This document shows, one piece after another, positions 15,373 to 24,299 of a stretch of 33,899 nucleotides of DNA. Source of the stretch: an uncultured Clostridia bacterium (GTDB taxonomy: Bacteria; Bacillota; Clostridia; Christensenellales; UBA1242); assembly GCA_944361835.1 (NCBI GenBank), contig CALVTI010000036.1:1-33899 (forward strand), given 5' to 3'. The notes beneath the pieces are model-generated. The model saw nothing but the letters and a program-made list of their open reading frames with translations. It was not told the origin of the DNA and did not search any database. The position numbers and the translations under genes were made by a program. Numbering within the stretch: the first letter of the stretch is position 1; each line of letters starts with the position of its first letter.

Positions 15373-17826
15373 ATGAACACTATAAAAATCTATTTAAAGG
15401 AAAGTGGGAGTGTAGCCGAGCTAAAAAAAGATTTTAATCTTTACATGGAAGGCTATCAAAACACACTAATTAATGTCTTTGTTCCCAAGCCTATCTTGCT
15501 TGACAGTGTATTGAGTGAAGACACAATGACTTCGAATGTTGTAAAAATTGGGGGCATTGGCGTTTCACCGAGTGGCGAGAGCGTGACTACAAAGGCGTAC
15601 AACATGAGCTATGTAAAGGAATGTGAGCTAAATGGCGTCGTGTTTGAGCTTTATCAGTGCATGCTTCCAAAAGAATTTTGTCTCTATGCGGGAAATGAGA
15701 CACTAGTAGTAAATATTGCAAATCTTATTGAAGACTCAACCGGGGCCAAGGTCGAAAGAGTTGTTACAAGCCAGACTTGCGTCTTGAACATACTCGAAAG
15801 TAGTTCGGTAGAATATGAGCCTATTGAACCGAGCGAGACAGATAAGGTTTATGGAGCGATAAATAACCTATACAAAGTCTTTAACACGCTTGCCATAAAG
15901 AAATTTGATGTCAACAATCTCCAGGGGTATGATGTAGATTTTCAAGTAGATGGCAAGAAGACGCTAAACACTATGTATTACAATTACCCGCATGGGGTGA
16001 GGGTTTGGGATAGAGCGACGAGAGCATATAAGACTGAAGAGAAAGTAGGAACACTGTTTGTTTTTGGGAGTGAGACTGTTCAATACGAGTACTTCTTTGT
16101 AGGCAAAAAGATTTTTGTCAGGAGTCTTGAGCTTGAGGAAGTTGATGGCTTGTACAGCGTCAAAACAGAAGACACCAATTTCTATGAGCTAGAAGATGTA
16201 GGGTATTGGGACAATGCCACGCTTGAGGAAGCTAAGAACTATACCTATTCCAAAGAGACCATAGATGGTAAAGACACCGACCTAAAGAATGAGCTAGAGG
16301 CGCAGATAAATATAGTTAAGTCTATTGCTATGGGCAGATTAAATGCCATTAGCTTCAAGACTGAAGACGAGCTTGTTTCGTGGCTTTCTGGCGATTTTAT
16401 CAGGGAAGATGGCAAAACGCCTGGCGACCTTGTTTTTGGCCAGAATATATACACAGAAAAGCAAGAAGACCCAGATTATTGGGTCAAAGAGCTTCCAGTC
16501 GAAAGCCTTGACGACCTAGCTGTGCTCCCTACAGACAAAGTAGACATGAGCGAATATCTTCATGCCTACAAGATAGCTTACGACAACAAGAGTGAGAGGC
16601 TTAGCGCTACAAATCTCCAGGATGCGGTCGATGAGCTGGCTTATGAGACAGACAACAAGACGCAGATAGTCGAGCTAGGCCAGCAGACGCTCAGCCAGTT
16701 TGAGTGGCACAAGAATGAGGAGCAGGGGTATTATGAATATTATTTCAAAAACGCTTTGCTTACAAACGTAGACACCCAGGCCGTTGAGCTGACGCCGGAT
16801 GTCAATACGTCTATAAACATACTTGGCGCGAACATAGTCGTGTACCCAACTATAGAAACTAGGGTGATAGACGGTGTTGTTTGTGCTGTAGTGACTTGTT
16901 CAAATGAGCCAGAGTTTGACATGATTGTAGACGCAAAGCTGAAGACGACCACATTTGTCGAGCCAAACGGCGAGTTTTACGCAGAAGACATCAAGTTTGC
17001 AAATCAAGGCACGGGTCTAGTCTCTAAAACGGTGCAGGAAGCTTTAGCAGAGCTCAGCGCCAAGAAAGTGGACAAAGTCGTCGGGAAAGAGCTCTCTACA
17101 AACGACTTCACCGACGAATGCAAGTCAGCCCTTGAGGCAGACACTCAAGCTAGGCATACACACCCAAACAAGGGCGTTCTAGACGCAGTAGAACAGGCGT
17201 TCACAACCTCTCTTAAAACTAGTTATGATGACGCAGTTACAAAGGCTCATACGCATTCAAACAAGGACATTTTGGACGCTACAACAGCAAGCTTTACTAC
17301 AGCTTTAGAAAGTGAGATAGAGGACGCTACAGCAGGGGTCGCAGACAACGCAGGCGCTATAGACGACATTGTCGATGGCACAACAACTGTGGGCAAGGCG
17401 ACAAGTGACGGAGCTGGAAACAATATCTCAACGACTTATGCCAGGAAGGGAGGCGCTCATATTCTCTATTCGACAGACTCGCCAGTGACTCGAACTGTAG
17501 GAGAGGCTGATGCGCTCAGTATTACTCATCCTGAAGGTTATAGTTATAACAACTTGGTGGCCGTGAACGCGAAATTAAGGATAGATAGCAGGCCTTTTGA
17601 ATTCTATGCTCTAAAAGCCCCAGATAGTTCAACTATGTATACTACAGCCACTATGAAATATTTTGGCGGGGCAGGATATGCTTTGACTAGTAAATTTGTT
17701 TCTTTTTCAATTACAGAGGACAAGTTTTATGTTGAGACTATCTCGGGAGAAACATCAGCAAACGACGGCATTGCTGTAGACGTATTAAACTACGCAATAG
17801 AGAAGCTGACTTGCTACTATATTTAA
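15373..17826 (+). CDS. Tail fibre / appendage protein
   Basis: 817 aa with an AAGGAGG RBS. It carries the tandem motif HTHPNKGVLDAVEQAFTTSL / HTHSNKDILDATTASFTTAL, of the HxH type seen in trimeric phage fibres. Confidence 0.7.
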   Translation: MNTIKIYLKESGSVAELKKDFNLYMEGYQNTLINVFVPKPILLDSVLSEDTMTSNVVKIGGIGVSPSGESVTTKAYNMSYVKECELNGVVFELYQCMLPKEFCLYAGNETLVVNIANLIEDSTGAKVERVVTSQTCVLNILESSSVEYEPIEPSETDKVYGAINNLYKVFNTLAIKKFDVNNLQGYDVDFQVDGKKTLNTMYYNYPHGVRVWDRATRAYKTEEKVGTLFVFGSETVQYEYFFVGKKIFVRSLELEEVDGLYSVKTEDTNFYELEDVGYWDNATLEEAKNYTYSKETIDGKDTDLKNELEAQINIVKSIAMGRLNAISFKTEDELVSWLSGDFIREDGKTPGDLVFGQNIYTEKQEDPDYWVKELPVESLDDLAVLPTDKVDMSEYLHAYKIAYDNKSERLSATNLQDAVDELAYETDNKTQIVELGQQTLSQFEWHKNEEQGYYEYYFKNALLTNVDTQAVELTPDVNTSINILGANIVVYPTIETRVIDGVVCAVVTCSNEPEFDMIVDAKLKTTTFVEPNGEFYAEDIKFANQGTGLVSKTVQEALAELSAKKVDKVVGKELSTNDFTDECKSALEADTQARHTHPNKGVLDAVEQAFTTSLKTSYDDAVTKAHTHSNKDILDATTASFTTALESEIEDATAGVADNAGAIDDIVDGTTTVGKATSDGAGNNISTTYARKGGAHILYSTDSPVTRTVGEADALSITHPEGYSYNNLVAVNAKLRIDSRPFEFYALKAPDSSTMYTTATMKYFGGAGYALTSKFVSFSITEDKFYVETISGETSANDGIAVDVLNYAIEKLTCYYI

Positions 17827-17837
17827 AGGAGTAAAAC

Positions 17838-18296
17838 ATGAACGGAAATTTTAACAGCGTGCCTGTGAAAGGTGACGCTTTTTTAGTTGCCCAACACAAT
17901 ATTGACCCGACTTCACATAATGATATTCGAGTGGGGCTGAATAATGTATACACAAAAGCCGAGATAGACATTCTAGTTAACAACAGGCTCAGGAGACTTA
18001 TTGTAGAAAGCTTGCCGACTGAGAATATAGACCCGCACACTATCTACATGATTAAAAGAGCGCCTGACGAGCAGTTGCCAAACGACGCATACGATGATTG
18101 GATATACCTAAATGAAGTTTGGGAGAAATTTGGGACCTCTTATATTGACCTTAGTGATTACCAGACCAAATACGATGACTCTCTTACGACACTGGCCAAG
18201 ACTATCGTTGGCGCAATCAACGAGATAAATGCCAATGTAGGAAATGCCGAGGCTGAGCTCTTAGCTACTCTAGCCGTTCTTGGAGGTGTCGCATGA
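17838..18296 (+). CDS. Tail-fibre-associated protein
   Basis: 152 aa. The segment TIYMIKRAPDEQLPNDAYDDWIYLNEVWEKFG resembles an N-terminal motif common in Gram-positive phage fibre proteins. Confidence 0.5.
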   Translation: MNGNFNSVPVKGDAFLVAQHNIDPTSHNDIRVGLNNVYTKAEIDILVNNRLRRLIVESLPTENIDPHTIYMIKRAPDEQLPNDAYDDWIYLNEVWEKFGTSYIDLSDYQTKYDDSLTTLAKTIVGAINEINANVGNAEAELLATLAVLGGVA

Positions 18297-20047
18297 CTGT
18301 AGTTCAAACAGCACATAAAGTCAAGAGGGAGACCTTAAAGAGAGAGTATGAGCTCCAGCAGGTCAACTCTAAGCTTGAAGCCGTCGTTGGGGGCATAACT
18401 CCTCCTGACTACGACATTCAGCCACTGGACCCAGTTCTTGTATACAAGACAGAGCGAAACCCTGACTGGCTCAATATGAACGGCACGGCTATTGGTGAGA
18501 ACTATGACGAGATGAAGGCGTACTTTGAAACCCACGACAACGAAATTCGCTTGCTTTTCCATTTGTACCCAGGGATAGAAAACAGAATAAATTTGTATTG
18601 CCGAGGAAGAACAACCTCTGGGACGGTAGAAAATACTATCTATAGTTATACAAAGGCGGACGGAACTATAGTGCAGACAGAGAGCTTTCCAGACTCATTA
18701 GACTATGAGGACTTTGGCTTTGAGTTTAATATGCAAAACAACCAAATAGGGACAGGAATTAGGCAAGTTGTTATAACCATAAAGCCAAAAACTGAGACAA
18801 GCTATTTGTATTTATTTCAAATAAATCAAAGCTATTCTGGCTCAAAGTATAATGTTATGGAGCTTATGGGGAAAGCAAGCAACATTAGAGAAATTAGAGT
18901 GACAGCAGGCAGTTCAAACGTCCAGTCATATCATAATATAAACTTTGTCTCGCTATTTGGTGAAAATAACATAGCCGACCCTTTTTACATTTTTCAAAAT
19001 GCACGGAAACTAGTAGCTGTCCCTGCATTTGATTTCTCAAATATTTCAAACATGGCAAACTGTTTTTACGACTGCACATGCTTAAAGGCTTTGCCGGAAC
19101 TAAACTTTGTCTCTTGCACTACTGCAACATATGCGTTTCATGCTTGTAGCAGTATGGAAGCCTATCCGGATTTTCAAGGAAGTTTTACTGGCGATGTCTC
19201 GTATATGTTTCAGAGAAATACTGGACTTGTCAAACCCCCTAAATTTGAATATCTAAAGCCCAATTATGCCTCTTATATGTTTGATGGATGTTATACGCTT
19301 AGAGAGGGGCTATATTTTGATTCTTCTTTAAATACAAACTTCTCTAACATGTACGCTTCGGCTCAAAGTATTACTAAAGCTATAGACTATGACTTTAGCT
19401 CAGCGACCAATTTAGGCTCTATGTATTCCAATACAAATCTGGAAGAGACAGGAGACATATACGCTCCTAACGCAACAAACATAAGTTATATGTTTAGAGG
19501 GACTAATTTAAGGTCGAACAAAGACTTTGTTATAGATGCGCCTAAATGTACAAACATGACTTGCTTGTTTGATAATTCTTGCTTAGATGAGTTTCATGCG
19601 GAGAAGATAAATGCACCATTGCTCGCTTCGTTTAACAGCGCTTTCTCGTATGATTATAACCTCACGAGCTTTTATGGAAATTTTAATACGACAGCTAGCT
19701 TGAACTTGTCTGGAGCTTTTAAGGGCTCTGGCTTACAGGCCATAGAGAATTTTGATGTGAGCCATATCACAAACTTATCAAGTTCGTTTAACCAGTGCTA
19801 CAACTTACAAAAGCTGACGCTTACGGCGACGAACTGGGCTGGGGTGTCGTTTAGTGTAAACCAGTGTTCGTTTACATACGACTCACTGTTGGAGCTCCTA
19901 GGCTCGCTCCCAGAGGTGACAGCAAACCCGACAGTAACAATTTCAAACAACCCAGGCTCTAGTCAGCTTCAAACAGAGATAACAGCAGGGAATATACCAG
20001 CTGAATATGCTCAAGCCGTAGAGCGTGGCTGGACAATAGCGTTATAG
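18293..20047 (+). CDS. BspA-type leucine-rich-repeat protein, receptor-binding candidate 1
   Basis: 584 aa. It has repeated F..C..L units about every 22-25 aa (FYDCTCLKALPELNF, FHACSSMEAYPDF, FDGCYTLREGLYF) and ends in GWTIAL. Confidence 0.7.
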   Translation: MTVVQTAHKVKRETLKREYELQQVNSKLEAVVGGITPPDYDIQPLDPVLVYKTERNPDWLNMNGTAIGENYDEMKAYFETHDNEIRLLFHLYPGIENRINLYCRGRTTSGTVENTIYSYTKADGTIVQTESFPDSLDYEDFGFEFNMQNNQIGTGIRQVVITIKPKTETSYLYLFQINQSYSGSKYNVMELMGKASNIREIRVTAGSSNVQSYHNINFVSLFGENNIADPFYIFQNARKLVAVPAFDFSNISNMANCFYDCTCLKALPELNFVSCTTATYAFHACSSMEAYPDFQGSFTGDVSYMFQRNTGLVKPPKFEYLKPNYASYMFDGCYTLREGLYFDSSLNTNFSNMYASAQSITKAIDYDFSSATNLGSMYSNTNLEETGDIYAPNATNISYMFRGTNLRSNKDFVIDAPKCTNMTCLFDNSCLDEFHAEKINAPLLASFNSAFSYDYNLTSFYGNFNTTASLNLSGAFKGSGLQAIENFDVSHITNLSSSFNQCYNLQKLTLTATNWAGVSFSVNQCSFTYDSLLELLGSLPEVTANPTVTISNNPGSSQLQTEITAGNIPAEYAQAVERGWTIAL

Positions 20048-20057
20048 GAGGAGAAGG

Positions 20058-20246
20058 ATGGTAACATTACATAAAAGTGGCAAAGTGTATTACAAGCTTG
20101 AAAATGGAGAGCTTGTTGGAGGCTCTCATATTTGCGCAAAGACTCAAGAACAGCTTGAGGGCTTTAAAGAGTTTAACAGCATAGAAGAAGCAAAAGCGTA
20201 TTACGGAGTTGAGGAGGTGGAAAGTGAGCATAAAGACAGAAATTGA
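20058..20246 (+). CDS. Hypothetical small protein
   Basis: 62-aa ORF with an AGGAGGAG RBS. Confidence 0.45.
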   Translation: MVTLHKSGKVYYKLENGELVGGSHICAKTQEQLEGFKEFNSIEEAKAYYGVEEVESEHKDRN

Positions 20247-21519
20247 GAAGGCAAATGGCTATGCCAACATAGTAGGGCAGATAAACACAAAGATACAAGA
20301 CATAGCTACAGAACTTGACGTAAATATAGAGACTGACGACACGCCATTATCACTACTTGATAAGATAGAGACTGAGGCTACTAGCGAGGAATACAAGCCT
20401 GATGCAGATATGGTCTGGGCGAGGAAGATTTTGGAAGCTGACACCAACTCTCAAAACCCTGCTCTTGGGGCGTATAAGCTAATATGTTTGCTTAGAGGAG
20501 AGAGCTCCACTACGACTTTCATGGTGCCTCTCAGTGGGGCGGTAAAAACGAGCGACGGGGCTTACTATTCCACGCACTCGACCATAACTCATACTTGGGA
20601 CGATACAAACGTTAAGACCTCCGCAGTGTACCCCAACATGAAGCTTAGATGGATAATCTTTTATTACCCGTCACAGTATGCAAATGTGAATGGAGACCGG
20701 CATCAAGCAACATGTGCGTCTGGCGCGGTATACTGTTGTCTAGACAATTTAAATGTGAATGCTATAGCTTTTGGCTCAGATTATCTCATGGAATATTTTG
20801 AGTATATAAACGGGGCCAGCTTCAGCCCAACAAATTGTCAAATGCTTTTTTCAGCCTCATACAGCTTGAAAGCTTTGCCTTACATAGATACAAGCTCTGC
20901 TATCAGCTTTTTAAACATGTGCAGTAATTGCCCCCAATTAAGTCAGGTGGGGACAATAGACATGGCTAATGCGGATAGTTGCGATGACTCATTCCAAAAT
21001 TGTGCAAATTTAGAAAAAGCACCTACCTTAATAAACACCTCAGCTATTGAAAACTTTAATAACATGTTTTCTGGCTGTAGAGCTTTGAAATATGTAGGAG
21101 ATTTTGACACTTCAGGTGGGAAAACTTTTCAAAGGACTTTTTCAGGTTGTTATGCTTTACAAAGAGTTCCTGAAATAGACACAAGCAATGCCACTGATAT
21201 TAGATATATTTTTCAAGACTGCTATAGCCTCGTGACCATCCCGACTATGGACATGGGGAGTCTAACAGAGGAGCCGACAAGCGCATTTGCAAACTGCAGA
21301 AGCTTAGAAAACATTAAGCTTCTAAATGTAGCTAAGAGCGTGAGTCTGGCTCAGTCCTCGCTACTTTCAAGAGAGACTGTGGTCAATAATATTATAAACA
21401 ACCTTGTAGACCTTACGGGTCAAGAGTCGCAGACGCTCACATTGTCTACAGCTGTTAAGCAGAAACTGACGGATGCAGACATAGCCATAGCGACGCAAAA
21501 AAATTGGGTGATAGCCTAA
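20224..21519 (+). CDS. BspA-type leucine-rich-repeat protein, receptor-binding candidate 2
   Basis: The likely start is GTG 20224, after GAGGAGGTGG. Repeats include FQNCANLEKAP, FSGCRALKYVGDFDT, FSGCYALQRVPEIDT, FQDCYSLVTIP and FANCRSLENIKLLN. It ends in NWVIA. Confidence 0.7.
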   Translation: MSIKTEIEKANGYANIVGQINTKIQDIATELDVNIETDDTPLSLLDKIETEATSEEYKPDADMVWARKILEADTNSQNPALGAYKLICLLRGESSTTTFMVPLSGAVKTSDGAYYSTHSTITHTWDDTNVKTSAVYPNMKLRWIIFYYPSQYANVNGDRHQATCASGAVYCCLDNLNVNAIAFGSDYLMEYFEYINGASFSPTNCQMLFSASYSLKALPYIDTSSAISFLNMCSNCPQLSQVGTIDMANADSCDDSFQNCANLEKAPTLINTSAIENFNNMFSGCRALKYVGDFDTSGGKTFQRTFSGCYALQRVPEIDTSNATDIRYIFQDCYSLVTIPTMDMGSLTEEPTSAFANCRSLENIKLLNVAKSVSLAQSSLLSRETVVNNIINNLVDLTGQESQTLTLSTAVKQKLTDADIAIATQKNWVIA

Positions 21520-21536
21520 AATATAAGGAGAAAATT

Positions 21537-21899
21537 ATGTTAGAAAAATTCGAAGTAAAAGAAAAAGCGCTTATAGAAAACGGCAAGCTTTACGCTTATT
21601 GCTTTAGAGGCGCGACAAAGAGGGAGCTCGACCCGTGCGAGTATAGAAAGGAGCTTCAAGAGACACAAAAGGCCCTAGAGGAGAAAAAGGCCAGCCTAGA
21701 GGCAGAGCTCGAAGAGACTATCAAGGAAATGGCCGAAGCCAAGAAGATAGACAATCAGCTCGCATCTTTAGGCTACTGCCTTGAAGACACTCCTGTTTAC
21801 AAGAAAATAGATGGCATAGTGCAGAGAGACAGCGACGGCAACCCTGTCATTAGCAGTTATACGCACTCAATGACTTGTCCAAATTATAAGGAGGGCTAA
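21537..21899 (+). CDS. Hypothetical coiled-coil protein
   Basis: ATG 21537 follows an AAGGAG. The product is 120 aa. The track start at 21504 is upstream of the RBS. Confidence 0.5.
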   Translation: MLEKFEVKEKALIENGKLYAYCFRGATKRELDPCEYRKELQETQKALEEKKASLEAELEETIKEMAEAKKIDNQLASLGYCLEDTPVYKKIDGIVQRDSDGNPVISSYTHSMTCPNYKEG

Positions 21900-21901
21900 A
21901 C

Positions 21902-22453
21902 ATGGAATGGTTTTTTGAGATGTTAAAAACATATTTTCCTCAAGTATTGGCCGTAGTAGGAACAGCCTCAGTCAGCGTGACTGGGGTTGTTGCTTTTATA
22001 AAATCTTTCTTTGAAAGTAGGAAGACCATCAAAAAGCTCTCAGCTCATGTAGACGAGAAGATTAAAGAGGCGCTTGATAGCGAACAGCTAAAAGAGGTTA
22101 TGACCAAAATAGAGACGGTTATAGAAGAAAACAAACTCTTAAAAGAAGCAGTCATAGAGATAAAGTCTGCGCTCAGCCAGAACTCGGTTGAGATGAGGGC
22201 CTACATAGAGACAATTCTAGGGCAGAAAGGAAATGAGAGTCTGGCTCTTGCCTATGAGAATATCAAATCTCAGCTTATTGAGGGGGCTAAAACAGCCATA
22301 AACGAGGCAGTTGTAGAGCATAAAGAGGAAGTTGTAGAAACTCTCGAGGCGGTTGAGGAAACGGCCACAGAGGTTGCAGAAACGGCTGAGGCTGTAAAGA
22401 ACAAAGCCTCTAAGGCAAAGGAAAAGGTAGTTTCTGAGGTAGATTATGTCTAA
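21902..22453 (+). CDS. Membrane-anchored coiled-coil protein (one N-terminal TM)
   Basis: The segment VLAVVGTASVSVTGVVAFIKSFF is TM-like. A long acidic helical region follows. Confidence 0.55.
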   Translation: MEWFFEMLKTYFPQVLAVVGTASVSVTGVVAFIKSFFESRKTIKKLSAHVDEKIKEALDSEQLKEVMTKIETVIEENKLLKEAVIEIKSALSQNSVEMRAYIETILGQKGNESLALAYENIKSQLIEGAKTAINEAVVEHKEEVVETLEAVEETATEVAETAEAVKNKASKAKEKVVSEVDYV

Positions 22454-22922
22454 ACTAAAGGCCTGGTTTAAGTCTCTACCACAAAAGCTAGGAGTCTTTT
22501 TAAAAGAGCGCTGGGCGTATGTAGTTGGAGTGATATTCACATGGGCCGTCCCTATAGCACTTTTAAACGAGATAATAGTCTTAGTCAAAGAGGTCCCGGC
22601 ACATGTAAAAATCACCTTTATGGGCTGTATTGTTTTAACCGTTGTGCTACTGGCCTTTAGAAAGAAGATATATGGGAAAATCGTGTCCATGAAAAGAGGA
22701 CTGCCAAGAGGGCTTCTTTTGACGTTACATAAAGGCATCTTATATGGCCTCGTTTTAGGCGTATTGTGGGCACTTTCTCATTTTTCTGGTCAACTCTATA
22801 CTTGGTGGCTTTACACGGGGATATGCTTGTTCTTTGGCGCTTATTTCTTCTGTGTAGATGAGTATCTCCTACATAAACGGGAATTAGAGGCGGAAAAGCC
22901 TCAAGAGGAGGAAAAAAGATGA
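22446..22922 (+). CDS. Four-TM small membrane protein, holin candidate
   Basis: 158 aa with four hydrophobic segments and a charged C-terminal tail (HKRELEAEKPQEEEKR). The position after the tail genes fits a holin. Confidence 0.4.
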   Translation: MSKLKAWFKSLPQKLGVFLKERWAYVVGVIFTWAVPIALLNEIIVLVKEVPAHVKITFMGCIVLTVVLLAFRKKIYGKIVSMKRGLPRGLLLTLHKGILYGLVLGVLWALSHFSGQLYTWWLYTGICLFFGAYFFCVDEYLLHKRELEAEKPQEEEKR

Positions 22923-24031
22923 AGCCCAAAGTGATTAAGTGGGGAAAGAATGGCGAGAAATGTATCGTCATAAATAAAGACTTTTTTAATATGCTTCTTG
23001 GCGTTGTTCTGGTTATAAGTTGCGCCTTGATGTCTGGAGTTTTGCAACTTGTAGAAGCAAGTTTTGACTTTTCTGTCGTGTCCACTGCTGAATTTTGGGG
23101 CCATTACATTTTAAAGCTCTCTACTGGCTATATGTGCCTTTTTGGGACCTACATCTTGAGGAAGCAAAAAAATAGACGAGCTCCAAAGTTTTTAATACAA
23201 AGAGAGAAACTCAAGGACTTTAAAAAAGAGGTAGTAGAAAAGAGGCTCATAGCTTCAAACAGGGCATGGCTTAGGCACGTGTACAACTATAGAAAGAAGG
23301 TAGAAAGATATCAAGACATAATTCTAAACAAGTACGAGCATGTTGTCATAGACAAGCCAGAAGCGCCTAAAAAAGAGGATTATGAGGGCTACAAACGCGG
23401 GTATCTTAGGGCACAGAGAAAGTACAAAAAGGCATTAATCAAATATGAGAAAATGGAGAAGCTCAAGAAGTACCTTGAAGAGCAGCTCATGGTTTGTGAC
23501 ACGCACTTTGAAATAATCGAGGCATACAAGAGAAATAACAAAGATAAGGTGAAAGAGCTTACAGATAAGATAAAAGAAATTGACGACATGAAGTCATATA
23601 AAATAAACATAAAGAATGTCACCTATAACAGCCTCTTTAACTTTGACCTGCCTAAAGGCATGCCTGAGGACTCCATCTACTATAGTGAAAAAAGTTTGCT
23701 CGCCAAACAACTTATTCCAACTATGTTGATGGGCGTTTTTTTTGTGACTTTAATTAGCTCAATGATACCAGGCTTTAGACAGGCAACCTTAGAGACAGTG
23801 TTTATGATAGTCTTAAATCTACTTATTATGGGGTGGTATATGTTCTCTGGTATAACTTTAGCTAATCACTATATCTTTAGAGTAGTATTTACAGCGGACC
23901 AGAACAGAATATCAATTTGCGAACAATTTAAGGAAGATTGCGCATTGCTGGGAGCCCAATGGGAGCATTATGAGGAAGATGAAACGGAAATTGAAGATAC
24001 AGAAAACAACGACGAGCTTAGTGAAAACTAG
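22919..24031 (+). CDS. Membrane protein: 2 TM, a basic coiled-coil region, 2 TM, and an acidic tail
   Basis: 370 aa. The TM pairs are near aa 25-80 and aa 265-320. The central region is K/R-rich and helical. It is the last gene before attP. Confidence 0.55.
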   Translation: MKPKVIKWGKNGEKCIVINKDFFNMLLGVVLVISCALMSGVLQLVEASFDFSVVSTAEFWGHYILKLSTGYMCLFGTYILRKQKNRRAPKFLIQREKLKDFKKEVVEKRLIASNRAWLRHVYNYRKKVERYQDIILNKYEHVVIDKPEAPKKEDYEGYKRGYLRAQRKYKKALIKYEKMEKLKKYLEEQLMVCDTHFEIIEAYKRNNKDKVKELTDKIKEIDDMKSYKINIKNVTYNSLFNFDLPKGMPEDSIYYSEKSLLAKQLIPTMLMGVFFVTLISSMIPGFRQATLETVFMIVLNLLIMGWYMFSGITLANHYIFRVVFTADQNRISICEQFKEDCALLGAQWEHYEEDETEIEDTENNDELSEN

Positions 24032-24044
24032 GCTCGTTTTTTTG
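24012..24044 (+). terminator. Intrinsic terminator of the late operon
   Basis: ACGAGC 24012-24017 pairs with GCTCGT 24032-24037, followed by T7. Confidence 0.65.
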
Positions 24045-24074
24045 TTGACAGAAGCTATAAAATCATGCTATATT
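24045..24074 (+). promoter_or_regulatory. Near-consensus sigma-A promoter with extended -10 and no ORF downstream
   Basis: TTGACA at 24045-24050, an 18-nt spacer, then TGcTATATT at 24066-24074. Confidence 0.6.
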
Positions 24075-24243
24075 TTCACTATCAAAAAGCGGTGCAAAAC
24101 GCGGGAGATTTTTAGGTACATTTTTAGGAACGAAAAAATAGGAGAGTATCTCGTATAAGCGTAAATCCTAGTAAATTTAGCTAAATTTAGTTAAAATTGG
24201 GGAATTTAGTGCCCTCAAATACTATATAAAATATCATCTTTAT

Positions 24244-24262
24244 AATCCCGCCTTCGGCACCA
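24244..24262 (+). other. tRNA 3'-end fragment (T-stem/acceptor/CCA; Leu-like), the probable integration core
   Basis: AATCCCGCCTTCGGCACCA ends like tRNA-Leu genes (...CCTTCGGCACCA, discriminator A). No matching 5' acceptor strand (GCCGAAG) lies upstream, so this is not a complete tRNA. Confidence 0.6.
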
Positions 24263-24270
24263 AACAAAAA

Positions 24271-24299
24271 ATACACCATATATTGTGGTGTATTTTATT
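24271..24299. terminator. Bidirectional intrinsic terminator (restored tRNA / integrase)
   Basis: ATACACCA 24271-24278 pairs with TGGTGTAT 24286-24293. An A-run lies upstream and TTTTATTTT downstream. Confidence 0.65.

Noticed and set aside
15373-21519. Diversity-generating retroelement or invertible shufflon acting on the fibre/LRR genes
   Set aside because: There is no reverse transcriptase, no template/variable repeat pair and no invertase. I also saw no long inverted repeats flanking these genes.
22217-23104. Minus-strand ORFs of 173, 142 and 67 aa opposite the membrane-protein cassette
   Set aside because: They lie entirely antisense to well-supported, RBS-preceded + strand genes. They have no RBS, and their low-complexity composition is typical of shadow ORFs.
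23970-24158. 62-aa + strand ORF spanning the end of the 370-aa gene into the att region
   Set aside because: It crosses an intrinsic terminator and the 24045 promoter, has no RBS, and its sequence is dictated by repeat DNA.
24176-24262. Possible complete tRNA gene ending at the CCA
   Set aside because: Only the T-stem 3' half, the acceptor 3' strand and the CCA are present. No complementary 5' acceptor strand (GCCGAAG), D-arm or anticodon arm can be drawn in the upstream 90 nt. It is interpreted as the attP core.
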